Positions 13,050-27,050 of a stretch of 64,000 nucleotides of DNA are shown in pieces. This stretch comes from Octopus vulgaris. Taxonomy: Eukaryota. Below the pieces are notes generated by a model, which was given only the letters and a program-made list of their open reading frames with translations, was not told where the DNA came from and made no database searches. The translations under genes were made by a program, and so were the position numbers. The DNA lies in assembly GCA_951406725.2 (NCBI GenBank), contig OX597814.1, positions 43,586,001-43,650,000 on the forward strand, given 5' to 3'. Every line of letters begins with the position of its first letter. The first letter of the stretch is position 1.

Positions 13050-14335
13050 ATATATACATATACACATATATACACAAACACATACGTATACATTATTGTG
13101 ATGTTATCGATAGGTCATCAACTGATACAAGCAATGCGTCTGAAGTAATATATTTATTCACAAATACCATGATTTAATTCAGCTAATTATCTAACACCTC
13201 CGGTTTATTTGCGGACCAATTTTGGGTATTCTTCCAATGTTGTGAATGATTGAGTGTATGTATGCGTATGAGTATGATGTGTGCGTGTGTCTGTGAGTGG
13301 TGTATATGGGAGTATGCGTGTGTGTGTTAGAGAGAAAGAGAGAGAGAAAGAAACAGAGAAATATGTTCATGTATACAGGTATATGTGTGAGAGATTTCGT
13401 AACGCAAGAATTAATATCTTCATTTCAGTATTTTACTCTCTTAATATTTTACTCCATCGTCTCTGTGCTGACTTCATAATATAATAAGCAGCTCTCCCTG
13501 GATATATATAATCACTAACTTTCTAAAAGAAGCATAAAAGTTCACTTGTTAGTAATACAAATAAATACAAACCACGAACTGTTATAAGCAATGGGCAATA
13601 CATTATATTTTATTGACCATAAAATCAAACATAATTGTCACATGCTAAATCTTTTAGCATTACATTACTATCATAATACCCTTGGTCAACTTAAAGAAAA
13701 TATAAATATGCTATATTTTTTAAATATATACCTCTACCTACTTCACATTTGTGAAAATACTGATCATTATTCCTGTCAACTAGATGCTTACTTTCTTTAA
13801 AAGTTCTAACATTCAAATATTGATATCCCTGATGAGTTTAAAAGTATAGCGTTATCGATTTTGTATCTTACATTTACTGCATGTGTCAGAATAAATAATT
13901 TAAAATTTCATTGAAATATCTGTCTGTGGGTAAACGCATTATGAATGGAGATTGTTTATGACGATATCCAGCTTTTCAATATACAACCAAATAATTTAAA
14001 ATAATACTTATTACCATCGAATAATGCAACAAACCCTGGAGAATATACATCACTATTATACATCGCTGTCATATATGTTACTTAGTACGTATGCGTTTGC
14101 GAATAGTAAATATTATTAATACTAGAAAGGAACTTAGACGAACGCACTGTATAGACAGTTAATCATATTTACTTTAAATTTCCCCATACTTATTGCGGAG
14201 ATATTACAGGCAGCTGCACAGTTTAGCGCAGTTTATTTGATATCATTGAGATGGAAATAGATTACACATGTTTATACAAACGCACACAAGGTAAAAATAC
14301 ACTCATCTATTTATATATATATATATATATATACA

Positions 14336-14467
14336 CTTTATTAAAATGTAGCAAAAATATCACAAAATCTGTTAATCAGAGTTTCATATCGCCGTTCGTC
14401 AGACGAACGTGAACATGAAACTCTGAAGAAAAAGGTTTTGTGATAGGTTTGCTGCTGCTTAATAAAG
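14336..14467. repeat. Imperfect fold-back inverted repeat with HHR-like cores, between (TA)n tracts
   Basis: Centre GTTCGTC-A-GACGAAC at 14401; arms CTTTATTAA..TAGCAAAAATATCACAAAA / TTTTGTGATAGGTTTGCTG..TTAATAAAG. Confidence 0.7.
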
Positions 14468-14617
14468 CATATTGCTCTACCTCTGGTATTCGAGTACTAT
14501 TTTTTTCCACTTTATTTCGCACTTATGTGCTTGCTCTGGTATATATATATATATATATATATATACATACATACATACATATATATATATTTATGCATAT
14601 GTATATGTATATATATG

Positions 14618-14653
<36 letters not shown>

Positions 14654-14854
14654 CATACATATGCATAAATATATATATGTATATATATATATATATATTT
14701 ATTTATTTATATACATATATAGGCATGTATGTATGTGTATGTGTGTATATGTATACACATTCACTCACACACACACATGTACACACACACACACACACAT
14801 ATATATATCTAACGAAAAGAAGAAGACAGAATATTCTTGAACACATTTAATTAT

Positions 14855-14972
14855 AAGTTACAAATGTTTCCGTACCAACTCCGTTTGCAACGTCAATTTA
14901 CGCGAATATTTTAAATGAAAAATTACGCTGTATATGCGGATTTAGGCTTTGGATAGGCACTTCCTCAGACTT
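14855..14972 (-). ncRNA. Type I hammerhead ribozyme candidate with extended stem II
   Basis: Minus strand: AAGU-CUGAGGA-A-GUGCC-[~80 nt]-GGUAC-G-GAAAC-AUUU-GUA|ACUU; stems I, II and III all pair. Confidence 0.65.
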
Positions 14973-16081
14973 GCATGAAAGACGTGCTATTACATTGTGT
15001 GTCTATCAGATCTTATTATTATGAAAATATTGTGAAGAAATAAAAATATCCACGAAGTGACGCCGATAGCTCGCCCGTCACACACCCACCCGTATATGTA
15101 CACATACGTATACACATACACATATACACACCAGATATGAACACTTACGTAGTAGTCGTACACCAGTTGTTTTATTTCCTCCCGATGCTTTCATAACAAA
15201 AAGGTCTGATAGAAGGATAATGTAATAACATATGTTTGATACAAGACTCATAAAATGCCTCTCTAATGCATAAAAACTGCATATACTACGTAATCTTTCG
15301 TTGGGAATTTTTGCGTAAACTGCCGTTATGAATGGAGCTGATACGGGGACATGTGAAAGTTATATTAAAATATTTTCTTTGTGTTCTTTTTATTGACTTA
15401 TTTACTCTTCTCCAAACCGTATGACGATATAAACTTCTATTTTTCTACACTAGAAGTATTCCAGCCATGGCATGGATAACGACAGTGTTGATAACTCAGT
15501 GTTAGGGTTGAATGCTTCTCTGGAAGTACCGCAACTTCCCACCCAACTCATTTTAGCCACTTGGCTATTTACAACATTGGAAATACCAACCTGACTCAAT
15601 ATTAAATTTTTTGAAGCTTACATACATGTACACTATTAACATCAAGAATACCATTTTATATACTTTCTATTGTAAAAAAATGTATTAGACATAATATCTG
15701 CATTCTGAACGATTTTTTTTTTAAATTCAGTTTTTTGTGCCATGACATCAATTATCGACTTCAAGTGTATAGGATAATTTTGATTTGAAATACTTTATCA
15801 GTATTAAAGAAAACATTCAAATTAAAATATCTAATGGCATTTGTGAAGAGTGAGAAATATTCTGAGATATCAAATATATTGTTTAATTCTGAGCAGTTTA
15901 CAGTGACAAAGTAAAAGTATAACACAAATACAATGATTCTAAAGAGGATAAAAGTGGACACCAAAGAAATATATTTAAAACGCATTGATACACGCTTCAG
16001 AATATACGAAACAATTCTCTTAAATTTAATATATTATGCGAGAAAGCACGATTTCGAATTTCATTACTCCATTACATCTTC

Positions 16082-16297
16082 CTTCTTCTTCTTCTTCTTC
16101 TTCTTCTTCTTCTTCTTCTTCTTCTTCTTCTTCTTCTTCTTCTTCTCCTCCTCCTCCTCCTTCTTCTTCTTCTTCTTCTTCTTCTTCTTCTTCTTCTTCT
16201 TCTTCTTCTTCTTCTTCTTCTTCCTCATTTTCTTTTCCTTCTTCCACTTCTTCATATTCTTCATCTTCTTTTACTATTACTACTACTAGTACCAATG

Positions 16298-16334
<37 letters not shown>

Positions 16335-16335
16335 A
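16082..16335. repeat. Compound (CTT)n/(CCT)n/(CTA)n microsatellite
   Basis: Seen directly in the sequence. Confidence 0.95.
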
Positions 16336-18451
16336 TCAACTAATTCTACCACTAGTTATTTTTAGTTCATTTCTTTGTATTTCTCCGACTCCACCAATTT
16401 CCTGTCAAGCACCAAGCGGAAGAGAAAAATGAATAAATCTTCGTGGGCAAGAAGGAAATAAACCAATATTTTCACTTGTTCATTAAGACAGAAACATTTA
16501 TGGGGCAACACAAAGCAACATCAAATACCTATGCATCTGTATCACTAAAACCATAAAAGCGTCAACCTTTATCGCAACCCATTGTCAACAACAACAAGAA
16601 AATACGCAAGTATAAGAAATATCACTAACAGAACAGGAATATCTGTAACAAACACAAACGGCAACCAAAATAAAAATTCTCATAACGCCCCACAAAAAAT
16701 TCAAAACCAAATACATTACAGAACATCGCACTTTTTCTTAATGTGAACGTTGGGTTGACTCATGTTGCATAACGTAGAAGAAACAAATTTAGTCAGGAGG
16801 AATGCGTGCATTGATGTACTCTTCCCTAGTTACCACATGACAGGCTCTTTTGTGCAAAACGCAAGATTATCAAGGAAAAAAATGTTCTCAATAACCGTGG
16901 CAAACATCCAAAGTTCGATCGCCAATGTTATAGAATGTAAAACCTTAGGGGAAGTCCAAGATCCGTTTCCTCACTTGCTCTGGACATACGTCAGTAATTT
17001 ATTCTCTCTTTGAGAGATTTAGAAATAATAATGTTTCTATTTGTTCTACTTATTTTCATAAATAATGGTTGTGGGCCAAAAAGTAAGGTGACTATATTAG
17101 CCTTTTTAAATCTGTAGATAAAGAGGTTATGATAATAAGCAAACCGAAGATTTCTGGAAATTCTCGCTCAGAATCAGAGTTTATGGTAGAATTAGTTTTT
17201 GAGATATCAAGGTATGTTTCTCGACGTGGAGGGGTAACACGGCAGCCACAATATATGTTGTAATCAACGCTGTCTTGAGTCAAGAAACCGATTATGGTAG
17301 ATAAGGGAGTATTTTGTTTCTTTTTACTTCAAGTAATCTGATATGTTATTGGGAATAAATTCTGCATATTGATGAGTAAATCAACTGTATGGTATATGTA
17401 AACAGAAACTACGTGTGTGTGTGTGTGTGTGTGTGTGGCTGATACGAGAGGCCACAAAGAAAACATCTTCACTCAATTCATATTGTGCTTATTCTCATAC
17501 TAGGTGCAAATAACGCCTTAAATTTCTGGCGTTGCACAAAAGCCTGTTGGGAAATCGAGATTATATTTTGAGGGCTATTTTCTTCTACCTGCGTCAGCGA
17601 AGAGTGAAAGAATAGGATTCAAATGATCCATTAAATGGTCTGAAATATAAAATAAATAATTTATATAGTAAATACAAGAGCTAAGCATGGCCTTTGATGC
17701 TGGAAGTTTAATGAGATATTATATTACAAAGCTTCAAACCACGGAATTAGCGAGGTGGGTGCCTTCTCAAATCCATAATGGAAATATGGCACAGCTTAAT
17801 ATTTTCTCCGAGCTGGTCATGATTCTTACAGATTAAAGTGTATCCATCTCTTGGTTACAGATCACAATCTCCAGATCGCATGAAAGCAAAAGGAAACACG
17901 TTTTATATAGAGATGTAGGTAAGTCAGGTTCCTCTAATAAACGTCATCATAGGGTTGACTAGGGAAAAATCTAAATATAACCCGTTTCCATTTGACTAAA
18001 ATATTATATATATCAAAAGTATTTTCAAATCAAATTCTTAGTTTAGCAAGCATATCTGCCCCATTACTCCGTTAATGTTTGTCTTTGAGAAAATTATTTG
18101 CAAAATAGTTATATTAAGCAGCGTTTAATATAAGAACTGTGACAACATATGCAGACTAATTAGTCATCGTAAAAGATTTATCCATACTGAAGATGTCGGT
18201 ATTGTAATGGAGGAATATGGGTTTTCATAAACCCTAGAAAATCAAGGAATCTTCACTAACCAGAACTTACCTTATTACTTATCATTGGACTCTGAAGTTA
18301 TTAAGTTGTAGCGCTTAGGATGTATTTCTATCAAGAAGTTGCTTATGAGAAATTGTTTTCCTTTTCCTCACACAAATATAGGCTGGAGGATATACCTGAA
18401 AATTTAGCTAGAGACAGCGACCGACTACGCATGTAGCTCATTCAATTATAA

Positions 18452-18494
<43 letters not shown>

Positions 18495-18534
18495 AAGAGA
18501 TATAGATATGTATATGTATATGTATATATATATA

Positions 18535-18578
<44 letters not shown>

Positions 18579-18610
18579 CTAATATAGTGGCGTTTTCAAA
18601 CCTCTTTTTT

Positions 18611-18647
<37 letters not shown>

Positions 18648-18728
18648 GTACACTATAATTATATATTTACAACTAGCTGACACTGTGCCTTCAAGCATGA
18701 CGCCTAATTGTAGTATTATATACATGAA

Positions 18729-19540
18729 TCTATATATATATATATATAAAGCTGAATTGTCTGTGTGTGGCAGGTTTGGTAGCCTTCAACTAACACAATC
18801 TCCTCCGAGACCCTGCTGCGCAAGTTGACCAAAATAGGGAGTATGATAGAAGAAGGCGGCCTCATTGGTCAGTAGAAGATAAAATTCAAATCGAACCATG
18901 TTAAGACCAAAAATTATTTACATAAGAAAGGCGCTTTTTTTTATGAAAATCCCTATTTTTTTACGATTTTTCGACTGCTGTGTCGCCAATTGTCGGTGTA
19001 TTTCAACCAGAAAAATTTTCACTTAAAGAGAATAACAAGCTAATCTTTACTCTTTACTCTTTTACTTGTTTCAGTCATTTGACTGTGGCCATGCTGGAGC
19101 ACCACCTTTAGTCGAGCAAATCGACCCCGGGACTTATTCTTTGTAAGCCCAGTACTTATTCTATCGGTCTCTTTTGCTGAACCGCTAAGTGACGGGGACG
19201 TAAACACACCAGCATCGGTTGTCAAACAATGCTAGGGGGACAAACACACACACACAAACACACACATACATATATATATATACATATATACGACAGGCTT
19301 CTTTCAGTTTCCGTCTACCAAATCCACTCACAAGGCTTTGGTCGGCCCGGGGCTATAGCAGAGGACATTTGCCTAAGGTACCACGCAGTGGGACTGAACC
19401 CGGAACCATGTGGTTGGTTAGCAAGCTACTTACCACACAGCCACTCCTGCCACACTACATAATGCAACATTTTTACTTTTCAAAAATTGCAATTCTGAAT
19501 GGTCGAAACAAATTCGAGCAACGCCGGGCAATACTGCTAG
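18729..19540 (+). mobile_element. Non-autonomous Helitron interrupted by a SINE
   Basis: 5' TC(TA)nAAAGCTG start; 3' GC-rich GAGCAACGCCGGGCAATACTG followed by CTAG; a family A SINE sits inside at 19045-19451. Confidence 0.7.
19045..19451 (-). mobile_element. SINE family A, full length
   Basis: Near-identical reverse complement of 6977-7404. Confidence 0.92.
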
Positions 19541-20464
19541 AAAAGTATAAAATCAGGTACATAATTTTGACAGACGCAAACAATCACATACTTCCCTCGT
19601 ACATGCACACGCATACACATACATGCTCAATTAGAATTAAAATGCTGTTTGATTTTTCCTTTCAGCATTGATCGTTCACCATTTCATTTCCATTGCACAC
19701 ACACACACAAAAGCATTCACATATCTCCCTCTTACATTCACAGATCTATACTCACAGAGTTGAAACGCTGATTTTTTTCACCCCTTCCCTTGTTATTCCT
19801 CTATCACCCCTTCCTTTCTCATTCATATGCTGTGGCGGAGAAAAATAGAAGATACACGACTCGTTCTTTACCACTTCCTTTCTCTCATTGCTCTTACATT
19901 TTCTAAGTCTTCGTTAGTCAGGGCTATTACTCTTACTACTTCTCCTTTACTGAATTGCTATTTTCTCTCCTCTCCCTTCACTTATACTACTGTTTCTCCT
20001 ACTCCTACTCTGTAATTTTGGACATAAATTCCCTACGCTTATTATTATATTATGAGATAATATATGCTTCACTTAAAGTGATTAAACCTAAACAATTTAC
20101 TGACGAAAGATGGGCCAAACCTCTGCGAATTGAACACGATATCAATGCTTTCATGAATCGGTACGCACGGAATCAACCCATATAGCCCTGCCATCAACTT
20201 CAGCCAATTTTAATGTATAGATAATTTCAGACTAAAATATATATTTACAAATTTATGACCAAATCCGAAGGCTGTAAGTTACGAAGAAGAACGACACGCA
20301 TATGTCTTTTTTAATAATAGCTATAATTATATCTTATATATAATATATGCTCCAATTAAAGCGACTAAACATAAACAATTGACTGAAAAATAATGCGCCG
20401 AACCATTAGTCACTTTTCAGTCAATTGTTTAAATGGAGCGTATAGTTATAAATGATATATAATT

Positions 20465-20833
20465 AGGAGTGGCTGTGTGGTAAGTAGCTTGTTTACCAAC
20501 CACATGGTTCCGGGTTCAGTCCCACTGCGTGGCACCTTGGACAAGTGTCTTCTACTATAGCCTCGGGCCGACCAAAGCCTTGAGTGGATTTGGTAGACGG
20601 AAGCTGAAAGAAGCCCGTCGTATATATGTATATATATGTATGTGCGTATATGTTTGTGTGTCTATGTTTGTCCCGCTAGCATTGCTTCACAACCGATGCT
20701 AGAAACCGATAGAATAAGTACTGGGCTTACAAAGAATAAGTCCTGGTGTCGATTTGCTCGATTAAAGGCGGTGCTCCAGCATGGCCGCACTCAAATGACT
20801 GAAACAAGTAAAAGAGTAAAAGATTAAAAGAGA
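20465..20833 (+). mobile_element. SINE family A with a small internal deletion
   Basis: Head, core and tail match the other copies. Confidence 0.9.
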
Positions 20834-22025
20834 TATATGTGTGTGTATGAGCTTGCGTATGTATCTATGCATTAATGTATGTGTGGGTGTATGGGTGAGA
20901 GTGTGAGTGTCTACAGGTCTATGAGGCTCGCTTTTGTGTGTGGTTTTTGCGACAAGCCATGAAACTTAAATCATGTTATTCTTTCGATAATCCTTGCAAA
21001 TTTGCATAATTCCAACCGGTTCAACTCTGTTGTAGAAAGGATATCACACAATATAATGCACCAAATTGATTATTATATAAGATCATGGGGCTTGTAATAA
21101 GTCGGATTTCTGAAGTTAACGCATTAGTTTAATTCCTTCCCGTTCGATTGTTTTGAATGCGTTTATTGTTATTAGGTGATACACACCGTACTCTGCAAAA
21201 TATATTAAGGCTGTTTACAATGTACCTGCGAGAACACTGTTTGTTTCTAACGTGGTTACGTCGTTTATACATTCATAAACGTTTTTTACGATAACCCTGA
21301 TCAAATTATTGGAAGAGGTTTTTCCTTCAATATTGCAAATTTGTTTGTTTCCATTCCGAAGCTGTATTTTTGCAAACGCTTCTCAAATTCATTCCCAGCA
21401 AATGTTTTCATTAGAAGAGTTCAAGATATATATCACAGTGCTCACGTGTTTTTTTCTCCTTTTATTTTTTTTTATTTTTCCACCTCTTTGACGATAATAT
21501 TGAGGAGAATCTCTTTGATCTTTGACATCCTGGCTTGGCATATGTCATATTATAGGAGTTATGTAATTGAAACACAGCGAGATAGGTGCGTGCTCATAAC
21601 AGTTTCATGTTATTGTCGCATAATAAATCCGTGCGTGCTTATACATTTAATATGTATATTTTCCAATTTATAGCAAGTACTGGGATATGCTTTTTGGCAT
21701 ATTCCACTTGTTTAGAGGCATGGGCTTTTGGGAATGAGAAAATCAATAGTTTCTTTATGTTGATACATAGCATGAAAATGGATTCACTCAGTTCGTTCAT
21801 CTATTTATTTTTGTAATTTCTTTTTTTTTCTTGTCTTCCTCTTTGTGCTTGTGTGTCTGTCTGCCTGTCTGTGTCTGTATTTGTGTGTGTATGTGTGTGC
21901 TTGTGTGTGTGCACTTTTTCATGAAGCTGATTCAAGTCATCAAATTAGAAATATCTGGCTTTGTATCTCTCCTCCGCGATATAAAATACATGTTACTCTC
22001 TCTACCACCTTGATTATTTATTAAA

Positions 22026-22099
22026 AGAAGAAGAAGAAGAAGAAGAAGAAGAAGAAGGAGGAGGAGGAGGAGGAGGAGGAGGAGGAGGAGGAGGAGGAG
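22026..22099. repeat. (GAA)n(GGA)n microsatellite
   Basis: Seen directly in the sequence. Confidence 0.95.
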
Positions 22100-22104
22100 A
22101 AACA

Positions 22105-23945
22105 ACAAATAAATGGGCTATACCAGTATTGAGATACCCTTCTCACTTTCAGAAGGGGAGGAATCTGAGATCAACCTGTAAACAGTAATGAGGAAGCAGA
22201 TATGGCTGCGGGAAATCCAATATAGGCTAAGAAATATACAAGGTCATCAGAATAGAAATATAAATACAGGAAAGTAAAAACCCAAACAGGAAGAACTCAG
22301 AGCCAAATAGTGTCCAAGGTTACTGGATGAAGACACTAAGAGGGCTGGTAAAAATATAGCAGAACAGCTGGATAAGTATTAGCAGGAAGGCACTGAATTC
22401 AGCTGGATATTATTCGTCAAGGATCTTGAAAATGGTAACATTTTACCCAACGTATGAGTGATGATATGTCTTTCACTAATGTAGGAGATTTTATCTGGTG
22501 CTTTTACCAGTAAACTGTATGAACACGTAGGAAAAGGTGGGCTGCCATTTACTGAACAAAACGGTTGCCGAAAGAGGAGACAGAGAGCAAACGATCAATT
22601 TTTAATTGATAAACTAATCATCGGAGACCGCAAGAGAAGCCACCCAAATCTGAGAATAGCATGGATTGATTACCGTCAAGCATGCGATATGCTACCACAT
22701 TCTTGGATAACAAGAACTATGGAAATGTATGGAGTATCAGAAAACACGATAAACTTAAAATTGGACAGTACGAAATATTGGAGCACTGAATAGACAGCAG
22801 GTAGTCAGATAACAGAAATGAAAATTGGGCGAGAATTCTTGCAAGTGGACAGTATATCCCTAGTGATACTTGAACTGGGAAAGATTCTCTTGAGTGAAAT
22901 ACTGCAGGCGACAAAGTTGGGGTATGATCTGGAAAGTGATAGAGTAAAGCTTAATTACCTGCAATTCATGGACGATTTGAAGTTGTTTACAAAATGTGAC
23001 ACAGAACTGAACTGTCTAGTCCAGCCAGAGGACGAGCTAAGGGAGTTGGACAGGAAATCAGGAAAGCTCCTTCCTAATAATGCATGGAGCCCATCATGCA
23101 CATGTAGACTTTGATTGCTTTTACATGAAGAGAGAAAATGGAGGAAATGGACTGACAAATGTTGAAGACTGCTTGCATATGCAGCTTGAGAACTTGTTGA
23201 GGTATCTATCTGTAGGTTAGAAAAGCTTGCTCGCAGCACTGAGAGATGAGGGCATTCTGAAATCAGAAAATAAAACAAAAAAGTATAAGGAGATGAAGAC
23301 GCAGTATGCAATAAGGGGCTACACAATAATTCCATATAGTCACAACTGAAGTTCCTGGAGAACATATGTCGAACTACTTGCAGAAAGGAACACTGAAAAA
23401 AGAAACAGAGACCACAATATTTGCAGTAAAGACCATAAATTGAAGTGTCAACTTTATTAATGAACAAGTGCCTCTACTGTGCAGTAACTGTAATAGAATT
23501 AACGAAACTATAGGCCATATCATGAACGAATGGTCTTGACCTGCCCAAAACCAATATAAGGCGCGGCGACACGATGACGTAGCGACATTGCTACATTGGA
23601 AACATGTGAAAAGTGGGGAGTAGAGAGAGGAAAGACGTGGCATGTGCACAAACCACATAGTGTGACGCAGTCAGAGACCTTCACAATCCAAACTGAAGAG
23701 GTGCCTGAGCACAACAGGCCCAACATAGTGATGGTGGATAATGTGAACTGCACATACACTATAATTGATGTCATGTGCAAGGAATAGACGGAAGGTGAAA
23801 AAAATAGACAAACACATCCCTCTCCACCTTGAGATAGGAAGAGGGTGAAGATATGATTAAGTTATATTGGGTCCTTGGGAGCAGGATATCAGAAGCCATC
23901 AACAGGCGTATTGGAATAAAGTACTACATAGAAATGTACAAATGG
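22105..23945 (+). mobile_element. Degraded R4/Dong-type non-LTR retrotransposon (RT + CCHC + RLE), internally deleted
   Basis: EQNGCRKRRQRANDQFLIDK, AWIDYRQACDMLPHSWI, LNYLQFMDDLKLF (RT catalytic DD), CSNCNRINETIGHI, RRHDDVA, HNRPNIVMVD; many stops and frameshifts. Confidence 0.85.
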
Positions 23946-24834
23946 TTTTGACTAGCTAGGTTGTTTGCTGTTGCTATTTTGATCGAAATAAAGTGAAATT
24001 CTCCATCGACATGTGTTACCATATGTTTGATTAGCGTCGCCAAATTCCCCCCATAATTGTTGTTCGATTGTAAATACTTTGGGAATCAGCATACCATAAT
24101 ATATGGGGCAGCAGTAAGTATATTTCATTTATAAAAGCTTGATTAATATTCCTGTTGTACAGATGTTAGAAGCTTTCCATATCAATAGTCACAATATCTG
24201 TAATAGTTGTAGCATAAATGTTTAGAGTCGTGGGTGAATAAAACAAAGGGATGAAACGAATATGATGCAATAAAATGAAAATTTTAATTTACAGGAAAAC
24301 AACATCTTTGATTATGGCAAAAATGCCATTGGCAATCTTCCAAATAATTATTTCAGTTAATAACATTTTATTTTTGAAAATTACTCTCTATCTTTCTCTG
24401 AACCATATACTTTAACTCAAATAGTATTGAGGTCACAAACAGTGTTTTGAAAACTAAACATTCATATTGGCATATCATTCTTCGTGTCACTTATTTCCGT
24501 TTCAATTACCACAACAATACTTCCCCATCCCCGAAATTTTTCTCCTATTTACAATTTTTTTTTCTGTGTGTGTGGTTAAATTGTTTTGTGGCTGTTTTTC
24601 GTTGAATATCTCCTGAGAGTTTAATCAAGAGAAAGTTCATAAACACACTTACATCACTACTATTTTTTACAGGACTTTTATTACGCGTCGTCACTTAATC
24701 AAGTGTAGCAGCTGTTGACATATTCAATATGACAAAGTTTTGTTATTGTATGTTGTTACTATTTTAAGAGTACGTAATGTAGCACGTGTTAAGTGACTTT
24801 TTTAGTGCGATTTTTGTATTATTTTAATCTTTTG

Positions 24835-27050
24835 TTCGTTTGCTCGATTCAGCCAAGCAGCTGCGGTCATGCTGGAGCACCACCGTGGTCGTTCTGATTT
24901 CCCCAGACTGGGGCTTTTAAAATCACCACTCCTGTATGTGACTTTGTCCCAGCTGTTGGCCCATTTGGTATATAAGGGCGTTTGATTCTGCTGCCCTTGT
25001 CTGCACCTCATGTTGGGTTGTTGGTTCATCCGGTATTGTGGAGAAGAGGATGTCTTATCCCTATCTGAACATACCTACTTCCATCTTATGCATATTTCTT
25101 AATTTTTTGGCAGGACATTGAATCCTTAGATTATTGCAGTACCCAGTCCAGATTTAGAGGGAGTGGATAGTACCTTTTCTACAATACAATTGCGGCCAAT
25201 TCTGGCATTTGTATAAAACTGAATGCCGTAATTAGGCACAAGCCCCTCTAGAGTTTTCCATATATAGATAATTGTATATCTCTCACACTTTCGCTCTAGG
25301 GAGCAAAGTTGCAATTTTCTCAGCTTCTCTCTGTAGCTCATCCACAACACTGTTTAAATACTTCTAGTGTAGTAGCATTGGACTCCCTCAAGTCCCGCTG
25401 TTACTTTGGTACTATGTGGTTACCATAACTGAGAACAATACACCAGACGGCTGAAAACAAAGGTTCTCCATAGGATCTCGTGTCTTGAAGGGCCTCAGTA
25501 TACATCCTGTCAGTTGACTGCACTTTGCGGACATCTTGGTAATGTGCATATAAAAGAAAGCGTCATTGCGCATACTGATCTCCAAGTATTTCACTGCGAC
25601 TCTGGGATTGTAGTGCCTTTGAGTCCTATATATGCAAACTGTAGTGCATTCGTGAATTGATAGTGCAGTGCTTGAAATTTAGCAGCATTAGACTGAATGC
25701 TATATATTTTGATCTACTCGTATATGGGCATATCTAAGAGGGTTATTATGAACAATGATGACCCCAGAACAGTTCCCTGGGGAACACCAATTGAGATTTG
25801 AGTTTCATCAGAAAGGGCACCATTGGCTGCAACTACCTGACTTCTGTCTTTAAAGATGTCATGCAGCCATTCCCCCAGTTTACCAACAATGCCAAGGACT
25901 CCTCGTTCATGGCATATACTTTATCAAATGCCTTTGCAAAGTGAAGGTATATCGTGCTGACATGTGAATGGTCAGGCAGCTGTTTCAAAATTCAGGCATT
26001 GTGCTGTAGCAGCTATGTGAGACAGCTTCTTCCAGCACGGAAGCCATGCTGGGTATTGTTCAGTAGGTCATTTTCTTCCAGGAACATTATAAAATACTTT
26101 CTGGTGGTTCGTTCCATGACTTTTCTGATGTGTGAAGTTAGAGAGATTAGCGTGTAGTTTCTAGCCTCCGCTCTACTTCTACCTTTGTGGATAGGCTATA
26201 TATTGTCTTCTTTCAGCTTTTTAGTAAGTTTACCACTTGCACGTAAACTTTGGAAAATTATCTGAAGTGGCCACCTTAAAACCATCAGGACCAGTTGCGA
26301 AGCATGTGCTCACTTCTCGTATGGCCGCTGTTACATCTGTCTCCTCAATGTTGATGTGATCGATGGCTGGCACCTCCTTCTTTACGGCTTCTATATTATA
26401 GAATTCAGCCGGATTTTTTATTTGCCTGTGTTCTGGTGGTGGGGACGTGAAGACACTTTTAAATTGTTCACTGAGTATCAAACTTATTCTTTCAGGGTCC
26501 GCTGGCAGTGAGTCATTCTCTTGGAACAATGGTCCTATTTTATATTGTATCGTGGCTGTTCCCTTTGCGAATTTGTAGAAAGCTACGGGATTTGTTTTTT
26601 TGCTTTCCACAGCTCTTTTCCCCTCGCTCCTCTTTCCTTTCCTGAGAGAATTTGATTTTGGTTTCGACTTCTACGATTTAAGATACACTTCTCCCTATCC
26701 TTAATTCGCCTATCCATCCGGTTTCATACCTCTGACATTCGTCTTATGAGGATTTTTCTGTCCCTTGGTATCTTGTTTATCAATGTGCTGGCCTTGCTTT
26801 CTTGGATATATTTAGTGCATATAGCTTGCACTGTTGACATAAACTGGCTGAGTTTTAAGTCAATGTTGAGAATGTTGGACCAGTTTCGTTGTGGATCTCT
26901 TTGCTGATTGATTTCCGTTTTGCTTTATAGAAATTCAGACTGGATATGGTAGATACCAGCAGTTCGCGCGGTACCATACATAATTGATCTAATGATGTAG
27001 TGGCCTGAGAATTATGTTGGTTTCACCTTCACATTATGGATAAGGTTCAT
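24835..27050 (-). mobile_element. Degraded CR1-group LINE (ORF2 reverse transcriptase region + 3' tail)
   Basis: KTNPVAFYKFAK, LSEQFKSVFT, ATGPDG, PIHKG..NY..ISLTSHIRKVMER, QHGFRAGRSCLT, FAKAFDK, GVPQGTVLG, SYREKLRKLQLCSLER; stops and deletions. Confidence 0.88.

Noticed and set aside
13829-13850. CTGATGAG hammerhead-like start
   Set aside because: No stem II or GAAA follows.
17092-17330. Possible decayed GIY-YIG (SVDYNIYCGCR) on the minus strand
   Set aside because: No YIG motif or other support; similarity is too weak.
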